Of a stretch of DNA of 64,000 bases, positions 1-14,222 are shown piece after piece. A program made the translations under genes and the position numbers. The notes under the pieces are model-generated. The model made no database searches. It worked only from the letters and a program-made list of their open reading frames with translations, and was not told where the DNA came from. Source of the stretch: Octopus sinensis (taxonomy: Eukaryota); the NCBI RefSeq assembly GCF_006345805.1, contig NC_042999.1, positions 80,290,001 to 80,354,000 of the forward strand, read 5' to 3'. Each line of letters opens with the position of its first letter. Positions within the stretch are counted from its first letter, which is position 1.

Positions 1-378
1 GAAAAGGCCTAATCGGCCTTCATATCGCTCGCCTTCATATCGCCAATATGACCAAGGAAGGCATTCAAATGCATGGCTGGGAAGTGCTGCCACATCTGCC
101 GTACTCTCCTGATTTGGCACTAACGGATGTGCACCTCTTTCGATCTATTTCAAATGCTCTGAGCGGAGTTTCGTTCAATACTGATGCAGAATTGGGAGCA
201 TGCTTAGATCAATTTTTCGAGTCGAAATCAGGTGATTTCTACCAACGATGTATTCAAAATCTTGTTGAACGTTGGGAAGAAGTTGTAAGCAACAAGGGTG
301 AATACATCATTGATTAATTAGTTGTTATTTTTTATTAAACCTTTTAAAAAAATTAAATAAAAAAAAAACGGCGGGATA
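1..378 (+). mobile_element. Mariner transposon 3' fragment (transposase C-terminus, ORF 48-317)
   Basis: ORF reads WEVLPHLPYSPDLALTDVHLFRS...GIQNLVERW-like (CIQNLVERWEEVV..KGEYI), the typical mariner YSPDLAP and C-terminal motifs. The element is truncated by the window start and its right end is approximate. Confidence 0.85.
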
Positions 379-784
379 TTTGTAGATATGTAAACTTACA
401 TAATTGGATAGCACAGGGTATATATGGATGGTAATGCCTTCCTATGCAATATCAATTATTTCTCACTGATGTAACAGATACCGTTAAACTCTGACTGTGA
501 AACATGGGCACAGTTTACAGAATCTTGAAATCGAAAAAATAAGAGCGACACACACGCACACATACACACACATACACACATATACACACACATACACACA
601 CACACACACATGCAACATTGAAATTCATTCCGTTACCCTACAGATACAAGCTGAAACACTTTCATAGATGTACATGTACATATAAGCACATCATTTGAAT
701 GCGCGTATATGCATGCATATATGTGTGCGTATGAGTGTGTATGAGCGCGCACGCATGTACTTATATTTATGTAGACAGTTATAA

Positions 785-852
<68 letters not shown>

Positions 853-856
853 TCTA

Positions 857-905
<49 letters not shown>

Positions 906-1988
906 GCAGCAGGGATTTATATATATATATATATATATATATCAGTTGATATTATCTTTTACGATAGGTTCTTATTTCTTAATACAATTGCAATAGAAAT
1001 TCGAATATGTGATGTGGAAAGGTTAGAAATTGCATATGTTCTGTATATATTTCATTTACTATTTTTCATTCTTATGCTTTTCTTAACAGGTCTGTATAGC
1101 GTCAAATAGAGAACGAAATAGAAGATTTGAACCTTGCGGGTAAGACTTAAATCAGTCTTAGAGGAAAATTAATTAAGACTGCATAGAGCATATGAGTTAA
1201 TTGCTTACAGATAAGATTGTTACTTTTAGGCCTGGTGTAAAACAATAAGGAAAATTTAAGCCCTCGAGAGATATGTGGGTCTTGCAATTTCCTAGATCAC
1301 TAATTGCAAAATATTCAGTAACAGTTGATTTATTCAGGATATTATCCGATATCTAAAAACGTTGTGATACAGTGTTATGGTTCTAATTGCATTGAAACAC
1401 ATAGGAGTCAAGCGGGTCGTTTAATCTATAAACCGTTTGATAAACAAAACAGGAAAAAAAGCAATCTCTATTCTGTGTGGTTTACAATTTCTTTCTAATT
1501 TTCAAATTAAACATTCTGATACGCAATGCACACACACACGCATGCGTGCGCACATACACACACAAACAAATATGCATGCACACACACGCACACACACACA
1601 TATACACAAAACACCCACTCTCTCTCCTACACTCACGCATGCATGCAAGTGCATACCTCTACAAAATACATAGGCATTCGTATATTTCGATCTTGTGTAT
1701 TCCAGTTGTTGGATCAAATCAATACACCAGTCATTGTATTAGTATGTTAATGGCCGAGTATTCCAAGGATATTTATGCTCTTAACGTAAATCTCAGGCAG
1801 TTACAAGGTAACACATCATCGGACCAGGCTTCTTTATTGAATTTACGGGTAGAAAACTTTCCTTGGGCTAAACCCCACTTTTTTTATTCATTTTTGCTTA
1901 ACCTTGAGTGATCTTGAACCGACAGTAAAAAAGCAGCTAACCATAATGCCATATATATATTTAAGATATACATATGCACACATATGTA

Positions 1989-3021
1989 CAGGAGTTGGAC
2001 AAAATAATGGTAATAACTAGCATCATAGCATCATAATTTTGAAATATCTAGAAAACCGTCAAAAGCTTGTTTATTTTTATGTTTTTTGATTCATTGTTAA
2101 TGTTGCTTAATATGTTTTGCTAAAATTGCTGTTTCTTTTCAGATATAATGTCAAAAAAGTAATTAAAATTCATTAGAATGACAGATCTATCGGACTTTCA
2201 AAGAGGTCAAATTGTTGGTGCTCGTATGGCAGGCGCTAGCTTAACGAAAACAGCCAAAATGTTTGGTGTATCAAGAAGTACTGTCTCGAAAGAAATGGGA
2301 GGGCTACAATCAGAAAACCACTACTTTTAAAACAAACGTTGCAAAGAGTTTAGAGTGGAGTAAGAACCTAAATAATTTGTCCCTCGAGAAGTGGAAGAAT
2401 ATTTTTTAGGACTACCGGCCGAGTATACGTGTGGAGACAGCCAAAAGAAGCATTTGACCCAGACTGTCTTCTTCCAACAGTTAAATATGGAGGAGGATCT
2501 CTGATGATCTGAGGTGGGGGATTTCTTGGAATTCCGCCGGCCCAGTGGCTTCCCTTCGTGGCAGAATTAATAGTCAAGACGATTTAAGCATTTTATCTGA
2601 TCAAATTCTTCCTATCGTTGCGGAACTGTTTCCGGAGGGAAACGCAATTTTTCAGAATGATAATGCACCAATTCACACAGCTAAATTTGTTACTGAATCG
2701 CATGAGGACCATTCTAGTGAAGTTGAACATCTTACCTTGCCACCACAGTCCCCGGATCTCAATATTATTGAACAATTATGGTCCATTTTAGTAAAACAAT
2801 TAAGAAGTCGATATTTGCCACCATCATCCCTACAAGAACTGAAAACTGTTTTACCTGAAGAATTGGCAAAACTGTTTTGGAAACAATTCAAACATTGTAC
2901 GAGTCCATACCTTGTAGAATTCAAGCTGTAATTACTGGTAAAGGCAGTCCTGCCCCATACCCCATATAAAATAAATTTGTTTGAAATTTTAAGGTGTTTC
3001 CATTATTTTGTCCAACCCTTG
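1989..3021 (+). mobile_element. Internally deleted Tc1-like DNA transposon with TIRs
   Basis: 22-bp TIRs CAGGAGTTGGACAAAATAATGG (1989-2010) and CCATTATTTTGTCCAACCCTTG (3000-3021), flanked by TA at 1987-88 and 3022-23. N-terminal HTH MTDLSDFQRGQIVGARMAGAS starts near 2178. DDE region has FQNDNAPIH and PPQSPDLNIIEQLW (2545-2931). Frameshifted and only about 1 kb long. Confidence 0.88.
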
Positions 3022-3493
3022 TATATATATGCACACACTTACATAATTGACAATGTATGTGTGAAAAAGTGTTTGTGCAAGCATATTATTTTAACTACAA
3101 AAGTATGGATACAGTTATACAAATACATTAGAACATGTTTCCCTATTAGTTAAAATCTGCTATATAGAAATCTCAAACGAATTGTTAAATTTGGATTCTT
3201 TCATATTTCTTCTGTATATTCAAAGTACATTAAACAATTTCCGCATTATGTAACCAAAGATTTTGCCTTCGTAGAACAGACTCTCCTTATCGTTGAATGT
3301 TTCAACGAGTTACAAGAGGTAGAAGACAGCAATAAACACTGACAATAGAGATACATACATACATACACACATCCATCCATCCATCCATCCATCCATCCAT
3401 CCATCCATCCATACATACATACATATATGTATGTATATGTATGCATATGTATATACGCACATACATATATGTATGTATATCTGTATGTATTTG

Positions 3494-3607
<114 letters not shown>

Positions 3608-3993
3608 CCTATCTATCTATCTATCTATCTATATTCTAAGGGTTTAATAAAAAGATATGTCTGTTAAATGGCGATGCTCGTCACATTTTCCGTAAGTTAT
3701 AACAAACAGATGGTTATATGGAGTGTGTTTGCGCGCATGTATGTGCGTGTGTTTGCGCGTGTATGCATATATGTCCATATTTGTGTCTATATATATATGT
3801 GTGTATTTGTATGTATGTTTATATATGTATATATGAACATACGCTGATACGCGCATACACACACTCACACACACGCACGTAGACATGTTGCATATATATG
3901 TGTAAATTAAACACGAAAGTGCTTAGAGAAAGTATCCGTGTCTCTCTGTATGTATGGAAGCATGAGTGTTTGTGTGCGTGCGTGTGTGTATGT

Positions 3994-4025
<32 letters not shown>

Positions 4026-4269
4026 TTGTGTGTATTCAAAGAATAATTACTACTCTATTTAACGCTAAGTTTGTTCGTTGATTGCAGAGTACACAAACAG
4101 TATAACCACACATTACAGTAGAACCGAAAATTCGATTACTACATGGTTATGTTGTCATATCTCATTGTATTATTTTTCTCGGTAATCATATTTACTATTA
4201 CCTCACTAACAAAGTTGTTATATTATTAGTCATTCATCATAAGGCCCATACCTATCAGATCTGTTTCCA

Positions 4270-4660
4270 CGCCGGGCAAAATGCTTAGCGATATTTCGCC
4301 AGTTTTTACGTTCTGACTTAGAATTTCGTCGAGGCCGATTTTGTCAAGTAGTGTGGCTCGATGTAAACCATAAGCCCCCACCCGCAAGATTTCAGGCTTT
4401 GTGCGTATTGCAGAAAGCATTATATTTTATCTTTTACTTGTTTCAGTCATTTGACTGCGGCTATGCTGTAGCACCGCCTTGAAGGGTTTCATTTGAACAA
4501 CTCGACCCCAGAGCTTATTATTCTCATTTCATTTTAGGCCTAGTAATTATTCTGTCGGGCGTTTTCGTCTTTTACCGAACCGCTAAGTTACAGTGACGTA
4601 AACATACCAACACCGGCGTGAAGGTGTGGTGAGGGCCAAACACAGACACAAAGACGCGCA
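4270..4660. mobile_element. SINE-like dispersed repeat(s)
   Basis: Shares blocks such as GCTAAGTTAC..ACGTAAACA.ACCAACACCGG and TTTACGTTCTGA.TT..AATT with other copies in the window (about 4950-5130, 8230-8420, 9560-9650, 24020-24200, 27400-27590, 40790-40960). Confidence 0.6.
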
Positions 4661-4690
4661 CACATAGATATCCCCTCCCCTCATATATTA

Positions 4691-4731
<41 letters not shown>

Positions 4732-5278
4732 ATTGGCTTCTTTCATTTTCCCTCTACCATATCCACTCACAGGGTTTTGATCGGTCCGAAGTTATAGTAG
4801 AAACATTTACCCCAGGGGCCATGCAGTGGGACTGCACCGGGAGGCACATGGCTACCATATAGCCACGCCTGCGCCTATTGTTAGCAATATACGAATTGCT
4901 AGCCATTCCTGAATGGCGGTAAACTGGAAGAATATAGTTGGCACGCAAGACCAAATTCTTAGCTTTTTGTCTGTCTTTACGTTGTGAGTTCAAATTCTGC
5001 TAGGGTCGATTTTGCGCTTCATCCTTCTGGATTGATAAATTGAGTACAATTTGAGTACAAGCGCCAAAGTTATCAACTGGTTCTCTTGGCCAAAATGTTA
5101 GGCCTTGTGCCTATAGTAGAAAGGATCAATTTCTATTTATATACTGGTGTTACGCATTAGAATATAACTATGCTGGAGTACCATTCATTTGATCATGTAG
5201 ACGCAATTATTTATTACAGATCATTATGTATTTAATCTAAATCTATTTGTCAAACAACTAATGTTTCCACTCTCTCTC

Positions 5279-5320
<42 letters not shown>

Positions 5321-5657
5321 TCTCCTTACGACATCCTATCCCTGCTTCGTTGTCTAGCCTCCTACCAGGCTCTCACATTTATCTTTATATACGTGTGTGC
5401 ATGCAATGAGTGCTTTATGTGCTTTGTAGCCTCTATCAAATTATAATCACAATGTATCGGCCAATCCCGTCCTATATTAGAATATATAATCCCTCAAGGT
5501 ATTGTACAGTGAGGACTGAACCGAAAACCCCGCACTTAAAACAGAATACTTAATCAGTTATCCACAAGCGGGCGCCTATATATATATAAAGTGTAATGCG
5601 CAAGCAGGCACATACACCCACACACAACCAATATATGTATGATATATATGTATATAC

Positions 5658-5741
<84 letters not shown>

Positions 5742-5793
5742 CTTAAACATACATACACATAATATATATATATATATATATTATATATGTATA

Positions 5794-5837
<44 letters not shown>

Positions 5838-5849
5838 AGTGTGCGTATG

Positions 5850-5896
<47 letters not shown>

Positions 5897-6285
5897 TATG
5901 AGAAATTAAATATGTTTGCATATTAAAAATAATATTTACGCACGCATGCATTCAATACTCACACAAACGCAAACGCACGCAAGTACACATATACGTATTC
6001 TTTCGGGGGTGATGAATCATGTGTCACTTCGGCAATTTCATCAGGTGATGATTCACCTGTCATTGCGTGCATTCTATCAGGCAATAAAAAAAATTTAGTT
6101 TTTTTATTTTTGTCGCCTGAAGGAACGCGCAAAGCAAGAGTACGTACTAAGTACCAAAATGGTTGAGTCATTAATCTCAAACGAATAAATAAACTCTTCC
6201 GCACATACCGAGTATGCGCACACACACACACATACATATGCATATATATATATATATACATACGTATATGCATACATATGTGTAT

Positions 6286-6334
<49 letters not shown>

Positions 6335-6349
6335 CATATGTTTACATAA

Positions 6350-6398
<49 letters not shown>

Positions 6399-6441
6399 AT
6401 ATATATTATATATATATATACATGTAAATGTGTTTACATAA

Positions 6442-6487
<46 letters not shown>

Positions 6488-6812
6488 GGGATATAATTTC
6501 AAAACTTACAGGTCAAAATTCTATTTAACAATTGTAAATCAAATTTCACAATATATAAAATATTTATATAATTTAGAGAAAAACCTCTATTAAATAATTC
6601 ATTAAAGAAAGATGTGATTCACCTATAAAAAACATATGCTATAAAAAAAAAGAACTTATTCTAAAAATCAATAAAGTACAATAAATAGTAAATAGAGAAA
6701 TGAAGTGTTTTGCTCAAGAATGGCTCAGAAAACGAAACTACAATCTTACGATAATGAGTCCAATACCCTAATCACCAAGCTCCATGGCTGTATTACTACT
6801 ACTACTACTACT

Positions 6813-6856
<44 letters not shown>

Positions 6857-7725
6857 TTTACTATTTATTGTACTTTATGGAATTTTAGAATAACTTTTTT
6901 GTAGTATATGTTTTCTATATGGTGTGAATAACATCTTTCTTTATTGAATTGCTTAATAGAGTTTTTTCTCTAAATTACACACACACACACAAACACACAC
7001 ACGCAAACACACACATACACACACACAAACAGACGCACACATACATATATCTTAATAATGCTAAAACACTAGAATATGTTTGTTCTTGTAATATCTCAGA
7101 AATAGTATATTTTATCTTAATTTCCTTCTTGCATATATATTTTCATATACTTTATGTAGTGCAGTATGAGGTTTCATGATATTTGGAGCTCTATATATTA
7201 ATGAAAACGATTAAACACAATTTTCTTTGTTATTTCTTGACGGAAAAAAGCATAGCTTCCGTGACGTCAACACACATACACACATACAGAATATACACGC
7301 ATATAATGAATGACATGACGTGTGAATCAATACAAACACACGTACCCTATCTGTGACATATACACACACATATTCTTCGCGCACTCCCTCTATCACTCTC
7401 TAAGTAAAAAGGAAGCCGACATTTTGACGTATACACACATTGACATAGAGAAACCTCTTCATTGCGGAGATTACTTATCGTTTCATCATTTCAGATTTTA
7501 TTCTGTTTCATTCATTTGACATTTTACAATCTCTTTATTGTTTTGATTTAATTTTCTTAATACATTACATACAAAAATAAACGCTGAACAATTATTTCAC
7601 GTGGAAAGAGACGGGGATCATTGTCGTCAAGAGATGATGCCAAAAGGCGTCAGGAAGCAGCAAGGGCAAAGCGACAACAGGGGAGGACGGCAGAGCGACA
7701 ACGGTGGGTAACAAGTCTATTATAT

Positions 7726-7825
<100 letters not shown>

Positions 7826-8421
7826 TCTTTGAACGCAGATGATTGATTTAGTTGAAATTCTTGGATATTGCTGAAAGAATTGCCAAGTCTTTCACCGTGA
7901 TTGGAAGACAACAAAGTCCCTCATTTTGCTCTATATGATACATGGCGGGATTTGAGGATTGAACTTACAGAAGTTTAAAAAAGTTACAAGACACCTCATA
8001 TAACAGTAACAATATGATACTAGGGCAGCGTCTCGGATCGGTGTTTCTTGTACGCTGCGAGAGCATGAAATACTATGAAACTTGCGCTGTTAGCACCGAG
8101 TAGACAAAACCAGATCAAATGCTCTAAATGCCGAAAACAACGGACCACTTTCAACTATAAAGGCAATACTTACACACACACATATACATATATGCACACA
8201 CACACACACACACATGCATACACACATTCATATATATATATTTTTTATTGTTTTACTCGTTACACTCATTTGATTGGGACCATTGTGGATCAGCGCCTTG
8301 AATGGTTTTAGTCGAACAAATTGACTTCAGGATTTATTTCTTAAGCCGAATTGCTAACATACGGGGGGCGCAAACTTATCAATATCGGTTGTCAAGCGGT
8401 GATGAGGGGACAAACACAGTC

Positions 8422-8484
<63 letters not shown>

Positions 8485-8491
<7 letters not shown>

Positions 8492-8920
8492 TAAATTAGA
8501 GATAAAACCACTGTTAGGCAAATCAAACAATGAAAAAAATAAGCCAATACATAAAATTAATTAATTTATATTATTTTAAATATATATCAAAAGTATTAAA
8601 AGTTTAATAAAAGATAAAGAGTAAAACACTACGATCGTTTCATGGTTGTACAATTCGTAATAATTCGAGTTATGGTTACAATCAATCTTCAGGTAATTGA
8701 AATATTTATCTTAGCGAAGATTGACTGTAACCATAACTCGAATTATTACGAATTGTACAGCCATGAAACGATCGTAGTGTTTTACTCTTTATCTTTTATT
8801 AAACTTTTATACTTTTGATATATATTTAAAATAATATAAATTAATTAATTTTATGTATTGGCTTATGTTTTTCATTGTTTGATTTGCCTAATAGTGGTTT
8901 TATCTCTAATTTAATATAAT
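8485..8920. repeat. Near-perfect palindrome (about 205-bp arms, 25-bp spacer), probably inverted Penelope-like terminal repeats
   Basis: 8485-8690 is the reverse complement of 8716-8920 with few mismatches. (TA)n flanks both sides. It contains a CTGAAGA...GAAAC motif typical of PLE termini. Confidence 0.85.
8623..8698 (-). ncRNA. Type I hammerhead ribozyme-like motif (canonical C3:G8 core, palindromic stem III)
   Basis: Minus strand reads AATTAC-CUGAAGA-U-UGAUUGUA...UACAACCA-U-GAAA-CGAUCGU-A-GUGUUU. It has the full core, an 8-bp stem II with one mismatch, self-complementary ACGAUCGU, a GUA cleavage triplet and a partial stem I. Confidence 0.65.
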
Positions 8921-8933
8921 ATAATATAATAAG

Positions 8934-8973
<40 letters not shown>

Positions 8974-8984
8974 AATGTTTGTGT

Positions 8985-9540
8985 ATAAAAAAATGAATAG
9001 AGATGGCTTTTGGAGGACAATTTTTATTGTAATTGTAATGTTTCTAGTTGTTCTAATGAGTTTCGAGCTTTTCGATAGCTGTTTTCAAATTGAAATTCTG
9101 TGATTTAGAAGGTTCGTTATATAGCAACAGAATTTTTTCTTTCAAATATAAAAATAAAAAACGAAAATAGAAACAAATAGACAGAAAAACATACAAAATA
9201 AAGAATATAAAAACCTAATATAAAAATAAAATAAAAAATGATAAAAGAATAGAGAAAATAAACAGCATGTGTGAAAAAAGAAGAAAGAAATGAAGGAGAA
9301 ACTCCTGGCTATCAACACACCGAGACCATATCATGGAAAAATTCTCAAACACCTTCATTTTAGAAGGATTAAAATTAATACAGGAAAATAATCACTTCTT
9401 TGATAACAACTTCTACTTACAAATAAAAGAACAGCCATGGGGACAAAAGTAGCTCCCACATGCGAAACACACATTAAAGGCTTCCTAGAGGTCAAAATTT
9501 ATTCCCAAATAGCGAAAACATTTATCGAACAATTCTCCAC
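8985..9540 (+). mobile_element. Penelope-like element relic (terminal repeat plus RT fragment)
   Basis: About 9355-9500 translates FILEGLKLIQENNHFFDNNFYLQIK / TAMGTKVAPT across one frameshift, resembling the PLE RT 'GTAMG' region. 8985-9190 has an inverted, diverged copy at about 10590-10795. Confidence 0.65.
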
Positions 9541-10589
9541 TTATTCTATCGGACTCTTTTGCTGAAGCGCTAAGTTACGTGGAGGTAAACACACCAGCAT
9601 CGGTTGTCAAGCGATGTTGGGGGTACAAACACAGACACACAAACATATCCACAGACGTACATATATATATATGGAAAAAAGTCAAGATAAAAAATGCTAA
9701 AATAATTTTTCCGAAAACATTTCAGTACCGGTTATATATATATATATATATATATATAAGACGGGTTTCTTTCAGTTTCCGTCTACCAAATCCACTCACA
9801 AGGCTTTGGTCGGCCCGAGGCTATTGTAGAAGACACTTTACCAAGGTGCCACGCATTTGGACTGAATCCGAAACCATGTGGTTGGTAAGCAAGCGACTTA
9901 CAACACAGCCACTTCTACACCTATAAATATTTGATCTTTCATTCCTTCCATCCTTCCCAAAAATGAGTGTATATATATATGTATATATATATATGGGTGT
10001 GTATATGCGTGTGTGTGTATATGTATATATATATGTGTGTGTGTGTGTACGGATGAATATTTATGTATATGTATACACATATAGACATGTGCATGTATGT
10101 GAATGTGTGTCTGTGGATGCATGTGCGAATGTATGCTTATATATGCCTGTACATAGATGCAGATGTGTGTGTATTTGTGTATGTTGATGTATGTATACAC
10201 GCATGTATAGATGTGTGGATGCGGGTGTATGTGTATGCATGTGTATATCTGTATGTATGTGTGTGTGTATGTGTATGTGACTTAATAAGGGCATACCAAA
10301 CCAACTGTGAAAAATGAATAAAATGACCTCAAATCAAAAGATTCACAACGGTCATCTTTTGACAAGAATTCAACAACTTTTTTTTGACCTCTCCTAAAAA
10401 TATTCTATTTCTTTATTCCTCATAGTCTAATCTCTTCTCACTACCATTTTCAACTACTTTTTGTCTTCTTACTTTCCACCTTTTTCCTTCCTTTCTTTCC
10501 TTCTTCTTTTTCCTTTTATCTTCTTCCTTCTTTTTTCACACATTTTATCGCTTTTTAATTTTGATCTTTTTAAAAATTAGTTTTTACAA

Positions 10590-10795
10590 TATGTATTTGT
10601 TTCTATCTTTTATTTGCTATTTTATTTTTTATTTGTATACATGTAAGAAGAAAAATCTGTTACTATATAACCAACCTGCTAAACAGCAGAATTTCAGTTT
10701 GAAAACGGCTATCGAAAAGCTCGAAACGCATTAGAATAACTGGAAACATTATCATTACAATAAAAATTGGCCCCCAAAAGTCATCTCTACTCATT
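10590..10795. repeat. Inverted copy of the 8985-9190 repeat (PLE terminal repeat-like)
   Basis: The reverse complement aligns by eye with 8985-9190 (e.g. TTTCGAGCTTTTCGATAGC.GTTTTCAAA.TGAAATTCTG). Confidence 0.75.
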
Positions 10796-10923
10796 CTTTC
10801 AAATATATTATATTGTACCGAGAATATATATATATTCATAAGTTCATTACATCTTATAGCAGAAGAGTTGTAAACTAATGAAGTTCATAACATAAGCTTT
10901 GTTTTTCCTGTCATTTCTTTTTC

Positions 10924-11007
<84 letters not shown>

Positions 11008-11042
11008 GTATCTATCTATCTATCCACCCATCTATCTATCAT

Positions 11043-11127
<85 letters not shown>

Positions 11128-11239
11128 ATGCTGATATATGTGCACATATACATATAAATATATATTTATCTCTAATTGTTAAAAATTCTTGGGTCTCTTA
11201 GATAAGAATTTCCGAGTAAACTAATAACCACAGAGATTT

Positions 11240-11760
11240 TTAATAAGTGTTCGATAAAAATATTGTTGATATACTGCCGCAATACGAAGAACATTGTCAC
11301 CCAGAAGCCTCACCAAATGCCTATTACAAGTAGAAAGTGCCGAGACACTGAATCGTGACCAAATGACGAGGTGTTTATGATAAACCTTGTCGTCTATGAG
11401 GCAGAAATCAGAGCAACGTTTGAAGATAACGTAATTGAAAAATGACATTTTTTTATGCCAAAGTAATTTAAAAAACGTTATGAAAACTACTATTCTAATG
11501 GTAAAGCCACTCTATTGTCTAGTCACGTATGGGGGTTGAAAACTAAATGCACTTAACATATAATCAAGTGGAGAATCGAGGAGAAATTAAGGCTTATGTA
11601 AGTGTTCCAACTTACGTGTAGAGGCAAGATTGTACATTCTTTCTAGATCGAAGAATTCCACTACATTCCTCAATTCCAGATCCAAAATTACTGGCAAATG
11701 CAAGTATATGGACAAATTTCTTTTGTCGAACTGGAGGATATTACCCCCTCTGGACTAAGT
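11240..11760 (+). mobile_element. Penelope-like GIY-YIG endonuclease C-terminal relic
   Basis: Frameshifted segments LVVYEAEI, KRYENYYS..ATLLSSHVWGLK...IIKWRI and FLNSRSKITGKCKYMDKFLLSNW resemble the PLE GIY-YIG tail. Confidence 0.6.
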
Positions 11761-12567
11761 AACTATTTCACAGATTTGGGACTTCTTTCCATTCAATGAG
11801 AGCTAATTTAATTTTGATTTCTACATTCTGAGGGAACGTAACTCTAAGTTTCTTTCTATACGTATCTTTTGTTTTTCTGTTTTTATTCACCACGTGATTT
11901 CTCATACACTTTTCTGCATCAACCTTCTCGTTCTTTCTCGTTCTTTCTCATGTACCAACGTTTTGATTTTTTCAGATAGATCCAATTACGTGCCCAGACC
12001 CGAAAATTGCTTGGAGATGCAAGTCTCCTTATAACAATCTGCCTATACACGAGTCGCAATAGCAAGCTATTAGCGGTTCTTATTTTAATACAGCGTACAT
12101 TAAATGATATTTATCCGTCACTGGAGGAAGTACCTTTTTTTGTGGATCCTACCTTAACGGAACAGTAAACTGTACATACACACAAAGACACATAGACAAA
12201 TACAGGAAGACACACATACACATGCAAACATACACTTATATATATATACATATATGTATGCTTCTAAATTTGATTTTAGCCACGAGTCAAAAGTCATTAA
12301 TCAGACTTATGATCAACCGTACTTTTCATGATCAATGCATTTATGTTTATTAATGTCAGCAGTTGGAGGATGTCTTGATTGTTGTCTCTAGAAGACCGTA
12401 TGTCTTGGCTGCTCTCTAGAAGATCGTATGATTATGATTCTCGTTGATTAGAATAGTGTAAATGGTGAAAAAAAAATTAGAAACATAAGAAGCCGGAATC
12501 TGTGGTAGTAATTACGATATCTCAATTTGTAGTTTCTAGTTTCTCCCTATAGTTTTCCATCGGTCAG

Positions 12568-12652
<85 letters not shown>

Positions 12653-14113
12653 ATGTCTGTCTACCACTCTGTCTCTCTGTCTCGCTCTGTATGTGTGTCT
12701 ACATAGCGTTCAGCTTTTCTGTCACTCTGTTTATCTTTTTGTCTGTTCTTCCTTGAACTTATCTGTCTACTTTCGCACGCACGCTAGCACAAGCACACAC
12801 ATAAAATGTTTTCAACTTTTGTCACAAGACCTGGCATTAGGGAAGGGTGGCAAATCGAATATATTGATCCCGAAAAGATAAAAGGCAGAGTTGATCTCGG
12901 TGGGATTTGAACTCAAGACGGAAGGATTAACGTAAAACACTTTGACGCACTAAAGATTATGCTTGCCCACCAACCCTACACACACAAAGCGTACGGGCAC
13001 ACACACAAAACACATACATTCTAAAAAGCTCATACAGACTCATAAAGCATACATATTTATTGATAAGTATAACAAACGGTATACCAGCTACTTGTTTGAA
13101 ATTTCACTTTAGGTGGAAGTCTGCTTACATTATTTCTCTATGTCTCTATCACTTTCTGTTTTGCCCCTCTCCCTATTCCTTTCTCACTCGTATACCCTCG
13201 TCTCTCTCTCTCTCTCTTCCTCTCTTTCTACCCTCATCTCTGTATCTCTCACCCATACTCGCAAACGTGGACATAAAACAATCCACAGCAATACAGCAAA
13301 ACATGCTAACACACACATAAATTTGCGTCAGTATACGTACAATGAAAGCAGCATCAAATGAGAATCTTGCTGGAAATATAACGCACATAGATCCTCACTC
13401 ACACCTACATAGACACACACGTGCAGACACACACGCACACACGCACGCACACACACAACACACACACAAACACAGAGGCAAACGCGTATGCGTACACACA
13501 CTCACGCATACGCGTACACCAATCGTTTCTCTCAGCGGATGACTCATGCCTTAAGTCCAGGAGAACACGATGAAACAAAATATAGCGAAGCTTTAATTTC
13601 CTGCGGTTAGTAACGCAAGACGTGTGCGCGTTCCTGCATTAGTGCGCGCCTCTGTGTGTGTACACATGCCGATGCGTGTCTACGTATTTATATGTGTTTC
13701 TGTGTGCATTTGTACGCGTATATTTCTGTGTGTGCGTATGTGTGTGTGTGTGTGTCTGGTTGAACTATGTACCACTATATTATTTAGGTGTACATAAGCA
13801 TATCTATTTTATGATAGTCCTGTCTTATGTAGCTGTCTTCTGTATGATGTACATGCATAGAACTTTCTAATTTATAGCGGAGCTATACAAGTTTATCTGA
13901 CTTACAGTTATTATATATGTTAGGGAAAATTGGATCTCTATATTACGACACGCACCCACACATACTCACTCGCAAACACATACACACGAACAGAGACACA
14001 CAGACATACACCTGCAGACACACAGACAAAGAAAATAATTCGTTTGTGTGCGCGTGTGTACGTGTGATTATCCTTATGTAAGTGTATGTATGCGTTTGTT
14101 TGATTATATCTGT

Positions 14114-14144
<31 letters not shown>

Positions 14145-14186
14145 GAATATATGTATATATATATATACATATATATATACAAACAC

Positions 14187-14222
<36 letters not shown>

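Noticed and set aside
4226-4420. Protein-looking ORF MLSAIRTKPEILRVGAYG... with an apparent donor site
   Set aside because: It is the antisense of a SINE-like repeat that recurs elsewhere in the window.
7600-7715. GC-richer island encoding SSRDDAKRRQEAARAKRQQ
   Set aside because: Low-complexity purine-rich sequence without good splice sites or recognisable homology.
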